From NCBI GenBank assembly GCA_965644495.1, contig CBFFSA010000001.1:2046001-2110000 (forward strand): a stretch of 64,000 nucleotides of DNA, read 5' to 3'. The first letter of the stretch is position 1. Each line of letters begins with the position of its first letter. The position numbers and the translations under genes were made by a program. Below are positions 11,636 to 21,984 of the stretch, piece by piece. The notes below the pieces were generated by a model. That model saw only the letters and a program-made list of their open reading frames with translations, did no database searches and was not told the DNA's origin. The DNA is from Perkinsela sp. CCAP 1560/9 (lineage: Eukaryota > Protista > Euglenozoa: Kinetoplastea).

Positions 11636-12489
11636 TTGCTTGCTATAACTTTATTGCAGAATATTATGTACAAAGAGACCAGAAGCTAATCTACTTGATT
11701 AGGTTCCAAGGTGTTCTTTCTTTTTTTGCTTTCTTTGCTTAACTAGTTTGTTTTTATACTTCAAACCCGACGAGATGATACTGTAAAGCATAATCGAAGT
11801 GACAATGGATTAATACAAACCTCTTTAGTAAATGAACTTTTAAATAGCCTCTCACTTCTCACATAATGTTTGGAAAGCCTCCTGAAGTACTTCCTGAACA
11901 TATTTCAGAACGCAAATTTTGGCACCATTTGCATCGATTTCTTACGTTTGTTGCGGTTACATCAGCTCTTGGATCCTTCGTTACTCATGCAAATCGTCAA
12001 GCGAGTACGGTGCTTCTCGCCAAAAAATAATTTTGGGTCTTTTTGTTAATCACTCATAAACATTATGCTCAAAATCGAGTTTTTATCTTGTGTTTTTCGA
12101 TTTTAATTTGTGGGGGAGGCATATTGGGCAAAAACTATTCTTGAACGAAAGGATTTCGGTGTTGAGGCGTTTGGTGAATTCATATCAGTTACAAAAATCT
12201 TTTTATCTTTTTCATGGCAATATCTTAATCGGTTAGTAATATCTGTATTCCTTTGAATGTCTGTATTCCTCGATGAAATAAAAATATCATCTTTAATGCG
12301 TAACATATTACGAAACCTACATTATAAGCTTTCTTTATTCTAAATAAATTTCCAAATAAATCTTCAAGGTGCGCTTAAAATGAAAATATTATTCTGCACA
12401 ACTCAACTTTCGCGTGTCTTTTTAATGAGGTCTAGGGACAAATACAAACAGGTTACCGCTCAGCAATCAACGTATCATGTTCATGCGGT

Positions 12490-13230
12490 ATGAATTTAAC
12501 GATTAGTAGATGTGACACGGCTCTTTTAGAGAAAAATAAAAAGGCTCTAAAATGCATGTGGTTAAAAATGTTTCAAGAATTGGGTGGCGCTCTTTCTAAT
12601 AATAATCCTACTTCAAAAAGTGCGCTAGCAAAACTCAACAGTACGACCAATAAGGAATCGCCTGCAGAAATTTGGGAAGAATTTCTACGGATGGTTCGTG
12701 ACCCGTTCTATCACATTTTTGTTGTTTCATCAGTAAATCCTTTTCGACACAAATCATCTCAGAAGTCAAGCAGTAGGGTCGCCCACGGCTTGGAAATCGT
12801 ACGAAACGTCAAAGAAACTCATGATTTTGTTGCTTGCTGCATGACTACAGAGCTAGAAACAGCATATCCCATTATAGCGATTTCGCGACATTCGCAAGAT
12901 TTCAGACGTGAAAATAAAATTGAAAATGTAGTGGCCTCAGATTCAAAAAAGGGAAATTTGAATGTAAAGGAATGGGCATTCGGGATGCACGAAATGGATG
13001 TATCTCGTCCAGTTAGTACGTCTTTTCTTGTTGGAATTGAGCAAATTTGGGTAGATAAGAATCATCGTAGAAATGGAATCGCATCGCAACTTCTGGACTA
13101 CGTAAGATACCATAGGATATATGGATTTCCTCTTCCCAAGGGCAAGCTTTGCTTTCATCAACCGTCTACAACAGGAAGACTACTGGCACAGTCTTATTTC
13201 GGATGTTGCGACTTTTTAGTTTATAGCTGA
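12490..13230 (+). CDS. ECO1: cohesin acetyltransferase Eco1/ESCO-like
   Basis: C-terminal GIEQIWV...RRNGIASQLLD...YG...FHQPSTTG...FLVY; in-frame CSCGM zinc-finger start includes the listed Met, so the true 5' end is uncertain. Confidence 0.8.
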   Translation: MNLTISRCDTALLEKNKKALKCMWLKMFQELGGALSNNNPTSKSALAKLNSTTNKESPAEIWEEFLRMVRDPFYHIFVVSSVNPFRHKSSQKSSSRVAHGLEIVRNVKETHDFVACCMTTELETAYPIIAISRHSQDFRRENKIENVVASDSKKGNLNVKEWAFGMHEMDVSRPVSTSFLVGIEQIWVDKNHRRNGIASQLLDYVRYHRIYGFPLPKGKLCFHQPSTTGRLLAQSYFGCCDFLVYS

Positions 13231-13356
13231 ACGAAGAAACAGTTTAGATAAAGCTTAAATTCGTTTGGATGTTCCTTAGTTGTCTCTGTTGACAACAGAG
13301 AGCACAACAGTTGTGTTGTTACCTAAATATATTTTTTGAATATTCATAAGGTTCAT

Positions 13357-13452
13357 GGACAGTGAAGACCTACTTTTAGTGTTAGACAGTGAACTTGGAC
13401 AGTGTTGGACAGTGACTTTTACACCTGTAGTGTTGGACAGTGACGTCCAACT
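13357..13452 (+). repeat. cluster of five GGACAGTG(A) motifs
   Basis: ggacagtga / agacagtga / ggacagtgt / ggacagtga / ggacagtga within 100 bp at the left edge of the repeat island. Confidence 0.6.
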
Positions 13453-14499
13453 TTTACACTGCGACCCCCTTTTAATATGGGCACCGAATATGCCTCCCTT
13501 TAAGTCATCATAATATGATGGACAAATCCAACCCGGCGCCTACGCCACATGTAGGAACCCAACATCAATCAATTAATATACCCCTGCGGGGTCGATGGGT
13601 AATTACCCATTAGCGGGTCTGTGCGGGTAAATTACCCGGGTCTGTGACCCAGTTACCCGCACCGACCCGGTCAAAAAATATTAAAGGCGCAAAGAACACA
13701 CCCTGGAGTAAGTGGCTTGTAAGTTACAATAGCATCTTTGCTTTTGCGTCTGTGTGTTGTATTTCAAAGTCTCTGCATATTCCACCGCATAATTCCTTCC
13801 AGCACGGTAATTGCATGTGATACAATTTACGCAGACTAGGTCGTCTAATCAGTGTTGTGTATGTTTCCCACAGGCCTTGTATTTCGTGGAGTTGACGAGG
13901 CGGAAGATTTGTCGTATTACACAGTTTCTGTGAGATATGCGATTCCGATTGAACCTCTTTGGTTGAACAATTCGAATATTCCTCCAGCCGTCTTCTCCAG
14001 TATGGTCCCACGTGGGACTGCTTCTGAGGCCCCAGATGTACAAGGGCTTCCTGGGTGAACTTCTTCCAGATTCAACACTCCCTTAACTCTTGTTTTGCTT
14101 CCCTTAGGCCGGCCGCGTGAGCGCTTCGGGCCTGGGTTTTCCTCTATAACCAGCTCGGATTAATTCAACTTGTAGGGTATGCTTCGTCCAACCAAATTTT
14201 ACATTGCGATCGCAAAAGGGAAGGAGACTACGGGTCGGGTAATCTTTATCAGATTCAAATCCGTGTTGTCGCTTGTTACCTCTGACCATGGGACAGAAGA
14301 GTAATTAAGTGATTATTAAGAGGGGTGGACCGCCAAAATTACGATTACTTGGCGCACCCGGCCGCCCCCGACCGCACCCGCTAAAGCTAAGCTATTTCAA
14401 TGGACGAAAACACTTGGCGAATTTTTCGACACCTGGGCGTCCGCTTTGAGTCCATATGGTCTGAACTTTTTTTAAAATTTTGACATATTGCTTTCCTCC

Positions 14500-14820
14500 C
14501 AAACTCCTGAAGAACCTTCAGTGCCCTGGCTGCAACATCGTTCTCGACTCAAACAACATACTAATTCTCATTCCAGGATGTGTGCGATGCACCGGACTAA
14601 ATGCATCCTCCAAACATAATGCAATGTTACGGTTCCTTTACAATCTATGCATCAAAGCGGTAATTCCGTGTGAGAAAGAGCCGCGCTCGGTCAGCTCATG
14701 GACATGCTTATCCTGTCAAAACGTTGTTGATCAGCACAATCAACAATGACACCACAAGGTCTGCGGCGGGAAACATCTCCATCGTTCAGGCCCCGATCTG
14801 ATAGTTTATTGGAACACGAT
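14500..14820 (+). pseudogene. C-terminal zinc knuckle + RLE remnant of a non-LTR retrotransposon (CRE/SLACS-like)
   Basis: CPGC...IPGC...KHNAML...EKEPR...(stop)...RSGPDLIVYW follows the CCHC - RHN - E - PD layout of restriction-like endonucleases. Confidence 0.6.
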
Positions 14821-14840
14821 AAGATAAGATAAGATAAGAT
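14818..14840. repeat. (GATAA)4.6 microsatellite next to ATCCC...GGGAT stem-loop
   Basis: Direct reading; truncates the RLE remnant and may be the tail of an antisense insertion. Confidence 0.7.
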
Positions 14841-15089
14841 ATCCCGTTTGGCCAACTAGGGCTATGGGATCGTAGCAGGATTTTCCGTTACAGAGAAACC
14901 TCTACGTCGGTCTGAGTCTCTTTTTAAGTGGGGCTGAGCAACCCCTCCGTTTCCTGAAGAGTACGGGCGTCAGAATCTCACCACCGAGAATTCATCAAGG
15001 GACGTAGAGTGAGGACGCACTCATTCACTAGCGATCCCGGAGTGACGACCAGTGCCCTGAACGGGCCTAGTTATTTAGCGCTTTGTTTT

Positions 15090-15370
15090 TCTAGCGCCGG
15101 CCTTAGCTCGGGAGGCTGGGATCGCTGTTCCATTATCCGATGTGAATCGGACGCCGTGACCTATATCGCGGACATAGCCCTTCATATGGTAAAAAAGTAA
15201 ACCGTTCAGCCATTTCATCACACTGGGAGGTCCCGATCGCCAGTGCGTCAACCAGGAAACAACGTTTTTGTTATCCGAAATCAGAGTACTACCAATACGA
15301 TCCAAAACACAGATGTACTTTATTTCCCAATGAAACGGTCCAAAAAACAGATGTTTATGTATCTTTATAA
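15090..15370 (-). pseudogene. possible DIRS/VIPER-type RNase H remnant
   Basis: HWEI...STLISDNKNVVSWL...RSG...PASR resembles the E..., xDNxxVVxW and C-terminal SR motifs of DIRS-class RNase H. Confidence 0.35.
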
Positions 15371-15990
15371 GACGACGAGTCAGTGCGGGTCGGTGCGGGT
15401 AACTGGGTCGCCGACCCGGGTAATTACCCATTTACCCGGCAGGGGTATGAATTAATCAACACCGGAAAAGTTTTTCAGAGGGGTGACTCCTGCCCGGGCG
15501 CTCCCAGGCGCTCCCAGTAAACTTCTACGGAGATCCGACTTGGTGAAATAATTTTCGCAAAGAGGTCCGGAATCCTCAATGTCCCTTGAATGGAACATGC
15601 TGGACTAGCATGACAAAGAGTTAGAAAGGGACACCGGCGTTGGGCTGTCGTCGGTGATGAGGCGTGGCGACCCCAGCCTTCCGAAATAAGGAATTCCAGC
15701 TAGCTGCAGGGATTCGTCCATTCCTATTCCTGTTTAACCCTTATTCACGGAATCGTTAACCGCGTTCCGGGGTTGTAAGGCGGCGTGGTAAGTACATCGC
15801 CGGGAATACGTTATTAGCACCACCTTTTCCCGTGTGCTAACCTATATCCTCGGTGGAGGTGGAACTACACTCGTGCAAGCTGTGGTCCAATCCCACTCCA
15901 TCTCCGGAGAGGCGGAGCCGTAAAACACTTCGTTTCTCCAGCCAGGACCGTCCCAAATCTTTTGACAAGGTTTACAAATTTTACCCCCCC

Positions 15991-16018
15991 CACTCTTATT
16001 TTTGTGCACCCCCCTGTA
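15991..16018 (-). mobile_element. solo Tc1/mariner-like terminus
   Basis: Reverse complement reads TA|CAGGGGGGTGCACAAAAATAAGAG; partner end not found in the window. Confidence 0.3.
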
Positions 16019-16220
16019 TAGGGTTGATCATGCGTTTTTGGAACGGTTCTCCAGTCTATTATGAAATATACATTATCACAGCTCCATAAACACGCTAGAT
16101 ACCGATCACAAGCCCGGCGTTCTCGTGAAAACGAGAAAGTGTGAGGGAAGAGTGCAAAAAAAACGCAATATTAAACCAATAATTATCACCACCTACGTAA
16201 ACACGCTAGATACCGGTTAC

Positions 16221-16247
16221 AGAGAGGGAGAGAGAGGAGAAGCAAGG

Positions 16248-16288
<41 letters not shown>
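16221..16288 (+). repeat. (GA)n purine microsatellite
   Basis: agagagggagagagagg...gagagagagagagagagagagagagag. Confidence 0.9.
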
Positions 16289-16454
16289 TCAACAGCCCCA
16301 AAGGCATGCCTGTCACCCACCGGCCTGGAACCAGTATCTAGGTGCATACGTAGGTGGTGATAATGTGAGGGTTGGTAGTCCTAATCTGGGCTTACCCAGA
16401 GAGGGTCCACCAACCCGTCATTATCACGGCGCAGTAGACACGCCATGGCAGGCC

Positions 16455-16740
16455 TTTCAATTCAACTGATTCTACCCGGGAGAGAAACTCGTTTGTCCGG
16501 TCCTTTAGCTCTGGCTTCGTTTTTCCGAGTAGAATATAGTTATCCACCCATGCCATGCCTAAATCTCTCACGATGCGATTTGAAACTCTTTGTGCTATCG
16601 CCGGCGCCCATGACCATCCCATGGGCATAGACGTAAACTGTACAGTGTCCGTTTTTCCCCTTGCATTACCCAGAACAGCACCAAAGTAAGGCCGTATCTT
16701 TGCGGCCAATGGAAATTGATAAAAAAAGCTTTTTGCTCAA
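16455..16740 (-). pseudogene. reverse transcriptase fragment of a tyrosine-recombinase retroelement (VIPER/TATE/DIRS-like)
   Basis: AKSFFYQFPL...RPYF...MPMGWSWAPAIAQ...AWVDNYILLG: RT motifs with the WxDN active-site variant. Confidence 0.75.
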
Positions 16741-17033
16741 CGAGTAACTACGACTCAATGTCACTGGTCATTTAGGGTTCCACTAATTTACGCATCATCT
16801 AAGATGCAGGGATACCACACTTACAAAAGGTATGGCGGATCTAAAACGTAATAATAAAAGCGAGTCAGAGTCCACACGTGGAACTGTGGTCATCCAGACC
16901 GACACTGTATCCAACTACCGTCACACGCTCCATGGCAATTCCACGAGAGGCAGTACCCTTGATGGGAGCGGTCATATTCTGTATCAAACGACATATTCTC
17001 TACCAAATCAACGTGACTGATTCAACGCTACAT

Positions 17034-17413
17034 GCGGATCTACACTCCATGCGAGCGGTTCGACGCCGTATCAAACAGCGGATCTACGCTCCATCAAATC
17101 AGCATGAGTGACTCCACGCTGCTAAAACAGCGGATCTACACTACATGCGAGCGGTTCGACGCTGTATCAAACAGCGGATCTACGCTCCTGTAAATTGGCA
17201 TGAGTGGCTCGACGCTGCTAGAACAGCGGCTCCACACTCCATGCGAGCGGTTCGACGCTGTATCAAACAGCGGATCTACACTCTATGCGAGCGGCTCCAC
17301 GCTGTATCAAACAGCGGATCTACGCTCCTATAAATCAGCATGAGTGGCTCGAAGCTGCAGGAGCAGCGGATCTACACTCCATGCGAGCGGTTCGACGCCG
17401 TATCAAACAGCGG
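17034..17413 (+). repeat. composite tandem repeat of ~44-bp (A) and ~52-bp (B) units, order ABABAABA
   Basis: A = GCGGATCTACACTCCATGCGAGCGGTTCGACGCYGTATCAAACA; B = GCGGATCTACGCTCC...AAATCAGCATGAGTGGCTC... Confidence 0.85.
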
Positions 17414-17543
17414 GGCTCGCGCGACCAGGAGGGGAAGCTAAGTAGGAGGGGAAGGTGGTAGTTGTGGGGTATGGAGGCCTCTCGCAACTCCGGGGCCTCA
17501 CCGGGTGCAGGACAGAAGTGCGAGGGCTTTAATTTCAATGGTT

Positions 17544-17642
17544 CCTGACTTATGCAATATTTCCTGACCTATGCAATATTCCTTGACTTATGCAATATTC
17601 CTTGACTTATGCAATATTCCTTGACTAATGCAATAAGTCAGG
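17544..17642. repeat. 19-bp tandem array (GACTTATGCAATATTCCTT) bounded by CCTGACTTAT / ATAAGTCAGG inverted ends
   Basis: About five units; ends identical to the core of the TIR at 45787-46428. Confidence 0.75.
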
Positions 17643-18632
17643 TCGGTCGGGAAGTGGAATGCAAGTTTCTAGCTCCGGAGCTTCCATTCGAAGTCTTTCT
17701 ACATGTCTTTCTGTATGTAGTGTGGCCCCGATTCCCTCGACGTTCTAAGGATACCCCGTAAGGACCCGTAGACCACTAACGTCTTGTCCTCGCCACACCC
17801 ATCGTCGGAAAGTGAATGTTCCGAAGATTTATTTCTATTATAGCAACCATGGTACCCCCTGGAAAACCGTTCTATTTTTTACGATCAACCCTATAGACTA
17901 TAGGGTAAGTAAATAAAGTACTATAATAGTACTTTAATTACTTTATTTTACTATAAAACTTTAAACAACTTTATTTCTCTTCAAAAGAAACGGAATACCG
18001 CTCCCCAGTAGAACAGTGGACCTTACTGACGGGTGGCGTGGTGAGGAAGATCAGAAAACTAGGAGACTTCATCAAACGTTTCTGGAAAAGCCTGCTGAAA
18101 ATTGAAGAAGGTGAAGTGTGTGAAGCAGAAGACGGCGGAGAATGTGGAGTAAGGACTGGGTGGAGGAGACAGCACCGTAAACATCACAGGAAGAAGATAG
18201 ACATGATCGAAATTTTCTTTGCTCTTTAGAAAGTTCAAATTGGAAAGATAATGAAATTTGGGGTGTCATAGCCTGTTTAAGATATTGTTCGTTCAATATA
18301 CAGATATATATTCCTATTCACTCATTCCATTCTACAATACGTCCGAGATGAATTTGTCAATCGGAAATGTATCAACATAGTACGTGTAAAGGATGAAATG
18401 ATGTTCGTGAAGTCTGATGCCCCGTATAGAATAAAAATGTTAAAATTAAAAACGTATTTGTATGAATGAATCTAGATGAGAGTGTGGAAAACTCATCGCG
18501 AAGCAATACTAAAAGCCGCCCGCACATACATCAAGCGACCTGCCACCGAATATCCTTGGGTGGAGCATCCAAATACACGGCCCCAATCTGAACTACATTC
18601 CCAGGAAGATCATGGAGCGTTACTAAACTCCC

Positions 18633-19424
18633 ATGAAGACACATGTGAATCCAAGAATACGTGTGAAACCAAGAAACCGGAATATAAGTGTGCCAGATTC
18701 TCCGAGCTCTACTGCAGACCTGGACACAGAGTGGCGAAAGTATCGGCGACCGAAATGTTGTCTTCCAACACATGCTGTTGATCAAATATGCGAAAATGTC
18801 ATGAGGACATATCGCATGTTACCCGATGCCGACAAAAACATGCCGTTTCTCGATACAGGCAAAACACGGCTCTTACTTGGTCAAGGTCGCCAGCCCAAGA
18901 AATACATTACATCAGTGCGCCGTGTGGTTTCTATTTTACTGTTTAATGGTCACTACGTCCTTGTAGATTATCACCGTTGTGGTATGACTGTTTACGATAG
19001 TTACCAAACGTATTCCCCTCATGCTCGCGGAGATTTCCTCAATAGTTTCGCTTCACACCTTCGGCAGATTGTAGGGACATCTGCAATCATAGAACGCACT
19101 AAATATGCCTCCGTTCCACAGCAGTCACCCATGTCCAACGAATGTGCCCTCCACGTCATTAACAACTTATGTGCTCTACTTTTTTTAGGCAAAGTAGAGA
19201 ACACACTGACCAGGAAGAATCTTTCAAAAAGTTGGACCCCTCATCACTCCGGCTTTCCAAACTCATCTCCTGAAAGTATCTCTGTTCTTGAAGACGCAGA
19301 GGAAGAAGAAGAAGACGAAGACTACAACATCGTTCTTAAGCTGCTGAAAGATGGCGACTTAGGAGATACCACAGCGAAAGGGTGGGAAAAGATGGAAATT
19401 TTCCCCGATAATGTTGAACTGTAA
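18633..19424 (+). CDS. Ulp1-like (C48) cysteine protease domain protein, probably transposon-derived
   Basis: NGHYVLV (His), VYDS (Asp), VPQQ...NECA (Gln, Cys) in C48 order and spacing; lies in the repeat island; 5' part may be frameshifted from 18476. Confidence 0.65.
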   Translation: MKTHVNPRIRVKPRNRNISVPDSPSSTADLDTEWRKYRRPKCCLPTHAVDQICENVMRTYRMLPDADKNMPFLDTGKTRLLLGQGRQPKKYITSVRRVVSILLFNGHYVLVDYHRCGMTVYDSYQTYSPHARGDFLNSFASHLRQIVGTSAIIERTKYASVPQQSPMSNECALHVINNLCALLFLGKVENTLTRKNLSKSWTPHHSGFPNSSPESISVLEDAEEEEEDEDYNIVLKLLKDGDLGDTTAKGWEKMEIFPDNVEL

Positions 19425-19987
19425 ATCTTTATGGGCAGGTTAAATACATGTATTTCCTATTCGAGTTATATAGTTACTTCTAGTATACGTCCACAGCTCC
19501 GTTTTTTTGCTGTTTCTGTTGTCTACGTATCTGAGAGTTTCTGTGGTTTTTCTCAGTGTCGATTCAAGTACGCGGAACTAATTCACAGATATTGCATTTA
19601 TGACCGCCCATGATAAAATACGATTTTCAGCTAAGATAGTGAAAATATCATAGTATGATATACATATATTTTATTTAATAATCGTACTTAACTAGACAAT
19701 TAACTCTTTGACATTGTATCATCTTTCATAATGTTTTTCTTTTAATTGCTCTGCTACTTAAATGCCTTTATGTCAGTCACCCAACCCAGCCCCCCCCCCT
19801 GTCAGACCTTCACTCCTCAACATCTCATCATCGCATTATTCTCCAGGGGGTCTACTTTTTCTTCTGTTCCAGAGATTCCTTTTGTTCGCCTTTCTCGAGA
19901 AAGAGGGCCGCCGCGAAGCGGCGCAATTTTTTTTTTTTAATTGTATTTTATCGGATAAGAAATAGCGTCATTTTCTGCGCCATGGGC

Positions 19988-20042
19988 ACCCCCCCTTTAA
20001 TACGGAGAAAGTCCAAAAATCTGTCCGTATTAAAGGGGGGGT
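19988..20042. repeat. perfect 19-bp inverted repeat
   Basis: ACCCCCCCTTTAATACGGA ... TCCGTATTAAAGGGGGGGT, followed by CACAGTA. Confidence 0.8.
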
Positions 20043-20104
20043 CACAGTACATCGGAACAGCACATTCACATGCATAAAAAGTTGGTGCGGGGTGCTATGG
20101 GAGC

Positions 20105-20575
20105 TCACCTTTGCTCCCGGTGAGGCCCCGGAGTTGCGAGAGGCCTCCATACCCCACAACTACCACCTCCCCCCCTTTTTTAGCGGGGGTCGCGCCAGCG
20201 ACCCCTGATAAATGGGGGGAAGGTGGTAGTTGTTTTGGGTGAAATGAGAGGCCGAACGCACGGAGGGGACGGCCGGGCCACTGAGTCATGTGAAAGTGTG
20301 ACATCCAAAAACTAAACCTAGATTTTGCTTACCCGTCTGCACAACAGAACCGTAAATAGCACATAAAGATGGTTGGCCGAGGTACCCAATAAATTCACCT
20401 TTGCTCCAGGTAAGGCCCCGGAGTTGCGAGAGGCCTCCATACCCCACAACTACCACCTTCCCCCCCTATTTAGCGGGGGTCGCGCCAGCGATCCCTGATA
20501 AATGGGGGGAACGTTCTAGTTGTTTTGGGGGAAATGAGAGGCCGAACGCACGGAGGGGCCGGCCGGGCCCATGAG
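20105..20575. repeat. two ~180-bp direct repeats (offset 290 bp), each with a long GC-rich hairpin
   Basis: CAACTACCACC.CCCCCC...GGGGTCGC gcca GCGACCCC...GGGGGGAAGGTGGTAGTTG; partial inverted copy at 17437-17509. Confidence 0.85.
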
Positions 20576-20629
20576 CCTGTGCGGGCGGCTTGTGTATTTA
20601 TTTTCCTATGCATTGCCACCTTGTTTACC

Positions 20630-20787
20630 TTTCTATGAAATATTCCGATACTTGTGCAATATTCGCATACTTATGCAATTTTCCTATACTTATGCAATAT
20701 TCGCATACTTATGCAATATCCCTATACTTATGCAATATTCCTATACTTATGCAATATTCCTATCCTTATGCAATATTCCTATACTTC
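20630..20787 (+). repeat. 19-bp tandem array (TACTTATGCAATATTCCTA)
   Basis: About eight units; related to the array at 17544-17642. Confidence 0.85.
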
Positions 20788-20840
20788 CACCATTATAAAC
20801 GGGGGCGTAAATATGTGCGCTTAAACGGGGGTGTCTGCCT

Positions 20841-21080
20841 GGGTGTGCTTAAGGAGGGGAGCAGTATTGCTTTGTGCTCCAATCAACCCGCGGCGATAAC
20901 AATGCGACAAGTAGATGTTTGGGTCGCAATGTTCGTATCATTCAAAAGGGTTATGTGCGCTTTAAAAAAGGGAGGGGGTGGGGGCTGACCGGGTGCGCTT
21001 AAAGGGGGACAGTATTGCTTTGTGCTCCAATCAACCACCGCGATAACAATGTGACAAGTAGATGTTTGGGTCGCAATATG
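20841..21080 (+). repeat. ~90-bp direct repeat x2
   Basis: GGGTGYGCTTAA...CAGTATTGCTTTGTGCTCCAATCAACC...GACAAGTAGATGTTTGGGTCGCAAT at ~20841 and ~20991. Confidence 0.8.
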
Positions 21081-21567
21081 TGTGATCAATCAAGATCAAG
21101 CCATGCGACTTTGGTGCCTTATCAATGAGAAGCATCCACACTTGCATCACCGCGAGGACAGTCGCATCGTCGCGTTCCACTAACTTGCCAACAATACGAT
21201 TGATTAGTACAGCGATAGACTAGCACAGTGTAGCGATTAAAGCCACGCAAATATTCTAGCCTTCGTAGTAAACGATTCCCGTAGTAGTAGCGATACGCTT
21301 CTTAGTAAACGATGTGGGGTCGTTCAGAGCTCGATCCACGGATCCGATTTCGATCACCAGTGTGTCGGGCAAGGGGCTCGCCATTTTGCGTCGGCTTTCC
21401 CAAGCTCTAGAACTTATTGGATGCCAACGGCGCAATCAATTTTTTGTGTACCAAAAAATATGGCCCAAATATGGGTTTAAATTTGGCATTTTCAGCTGGT
21501 ATTTTCACCCCAAAAAACTGAAATATTCTTGACTTTTTAGATACTTTTGGTATACTTTTAGTATTTA

Positions 21568-21685
21568 TTTTCTTTTTTAGGCTCTTCGTTAAACGCGAAG
21601 GTAATTTTCAATGCGAAGCGCGCAGCATTGGCGCTTTCTAAGTTGAAAGCAACCACTGCGTTCAACGAAGAGCCTAAAAAGAAAA
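21568..21685. mobile_element. ~120-bp foldback element, copy 1
   Basis: TTTTTAGGCTCTTCGTTAAACGC...GCGTTCAACGAAGAGCCTAAAAA; homologous to 39398-39522. Confidence 0.7.
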
Positions 21686-21984
21686 AATTCAATACTTCAT
21701 GCTTTTCTTCCTGATTTCAATGAGTCCCCATTCCATGATGAAATTCACATCACTAATCACACAGATCGAGTCTTTCACTCACATGATTGCTTAACGTCAT
21801 AGTTACACTGATATGGTATACCAAGAGCGACTGTTAGATCTTTTGATAATCATTTTTTCATATCAGCTGAGGATCTTAGATTTTCACACATGCTAATTTA
21901 TCATCCTTCAACACTTTTTCGCAAAACCTTTGGAATTCTCCATATTAATAATTTACATCGACAACTAAATTTTTAGTATCATCC

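Larger units (their letters stand above)
13579..15447. mobile_element. non-autonomous TIR DNA element (TA|CCCCTG ends) with nested remnants
   Basis: Left TA|CCCCTGCGGGGTCGATGGGTAATTACCC...GACCCAGTTACCCGCACCGACCCG matches the reverse complement of 15386-15447 ending CAGGGG|TA. Confidence 0.7.

Noticed and set aside
13915-13940. Second SL-like string TATTACACAGTTTCTGTGAG
   Set aside because: Only the 11-nt core matches, with no TAC...TTG end and no element or gene boundary next to it; compatible with chance.
14963-15000. Hammerhead ribozyme (CTGAAGAG core); also GTGATGAG...CCGAAA at ~15654-15686
   Set aside because: No properly placed stem II + GAAA and closing stems were found; these look like ordinary hairpins.
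17034-17413. CRISPR array or tRNA/Pol III gene cluster (GTTCGACGC resembles a B box)
   Set aside because: The 'spacers' are themselves repeats; there is no A box or cloverleaf.
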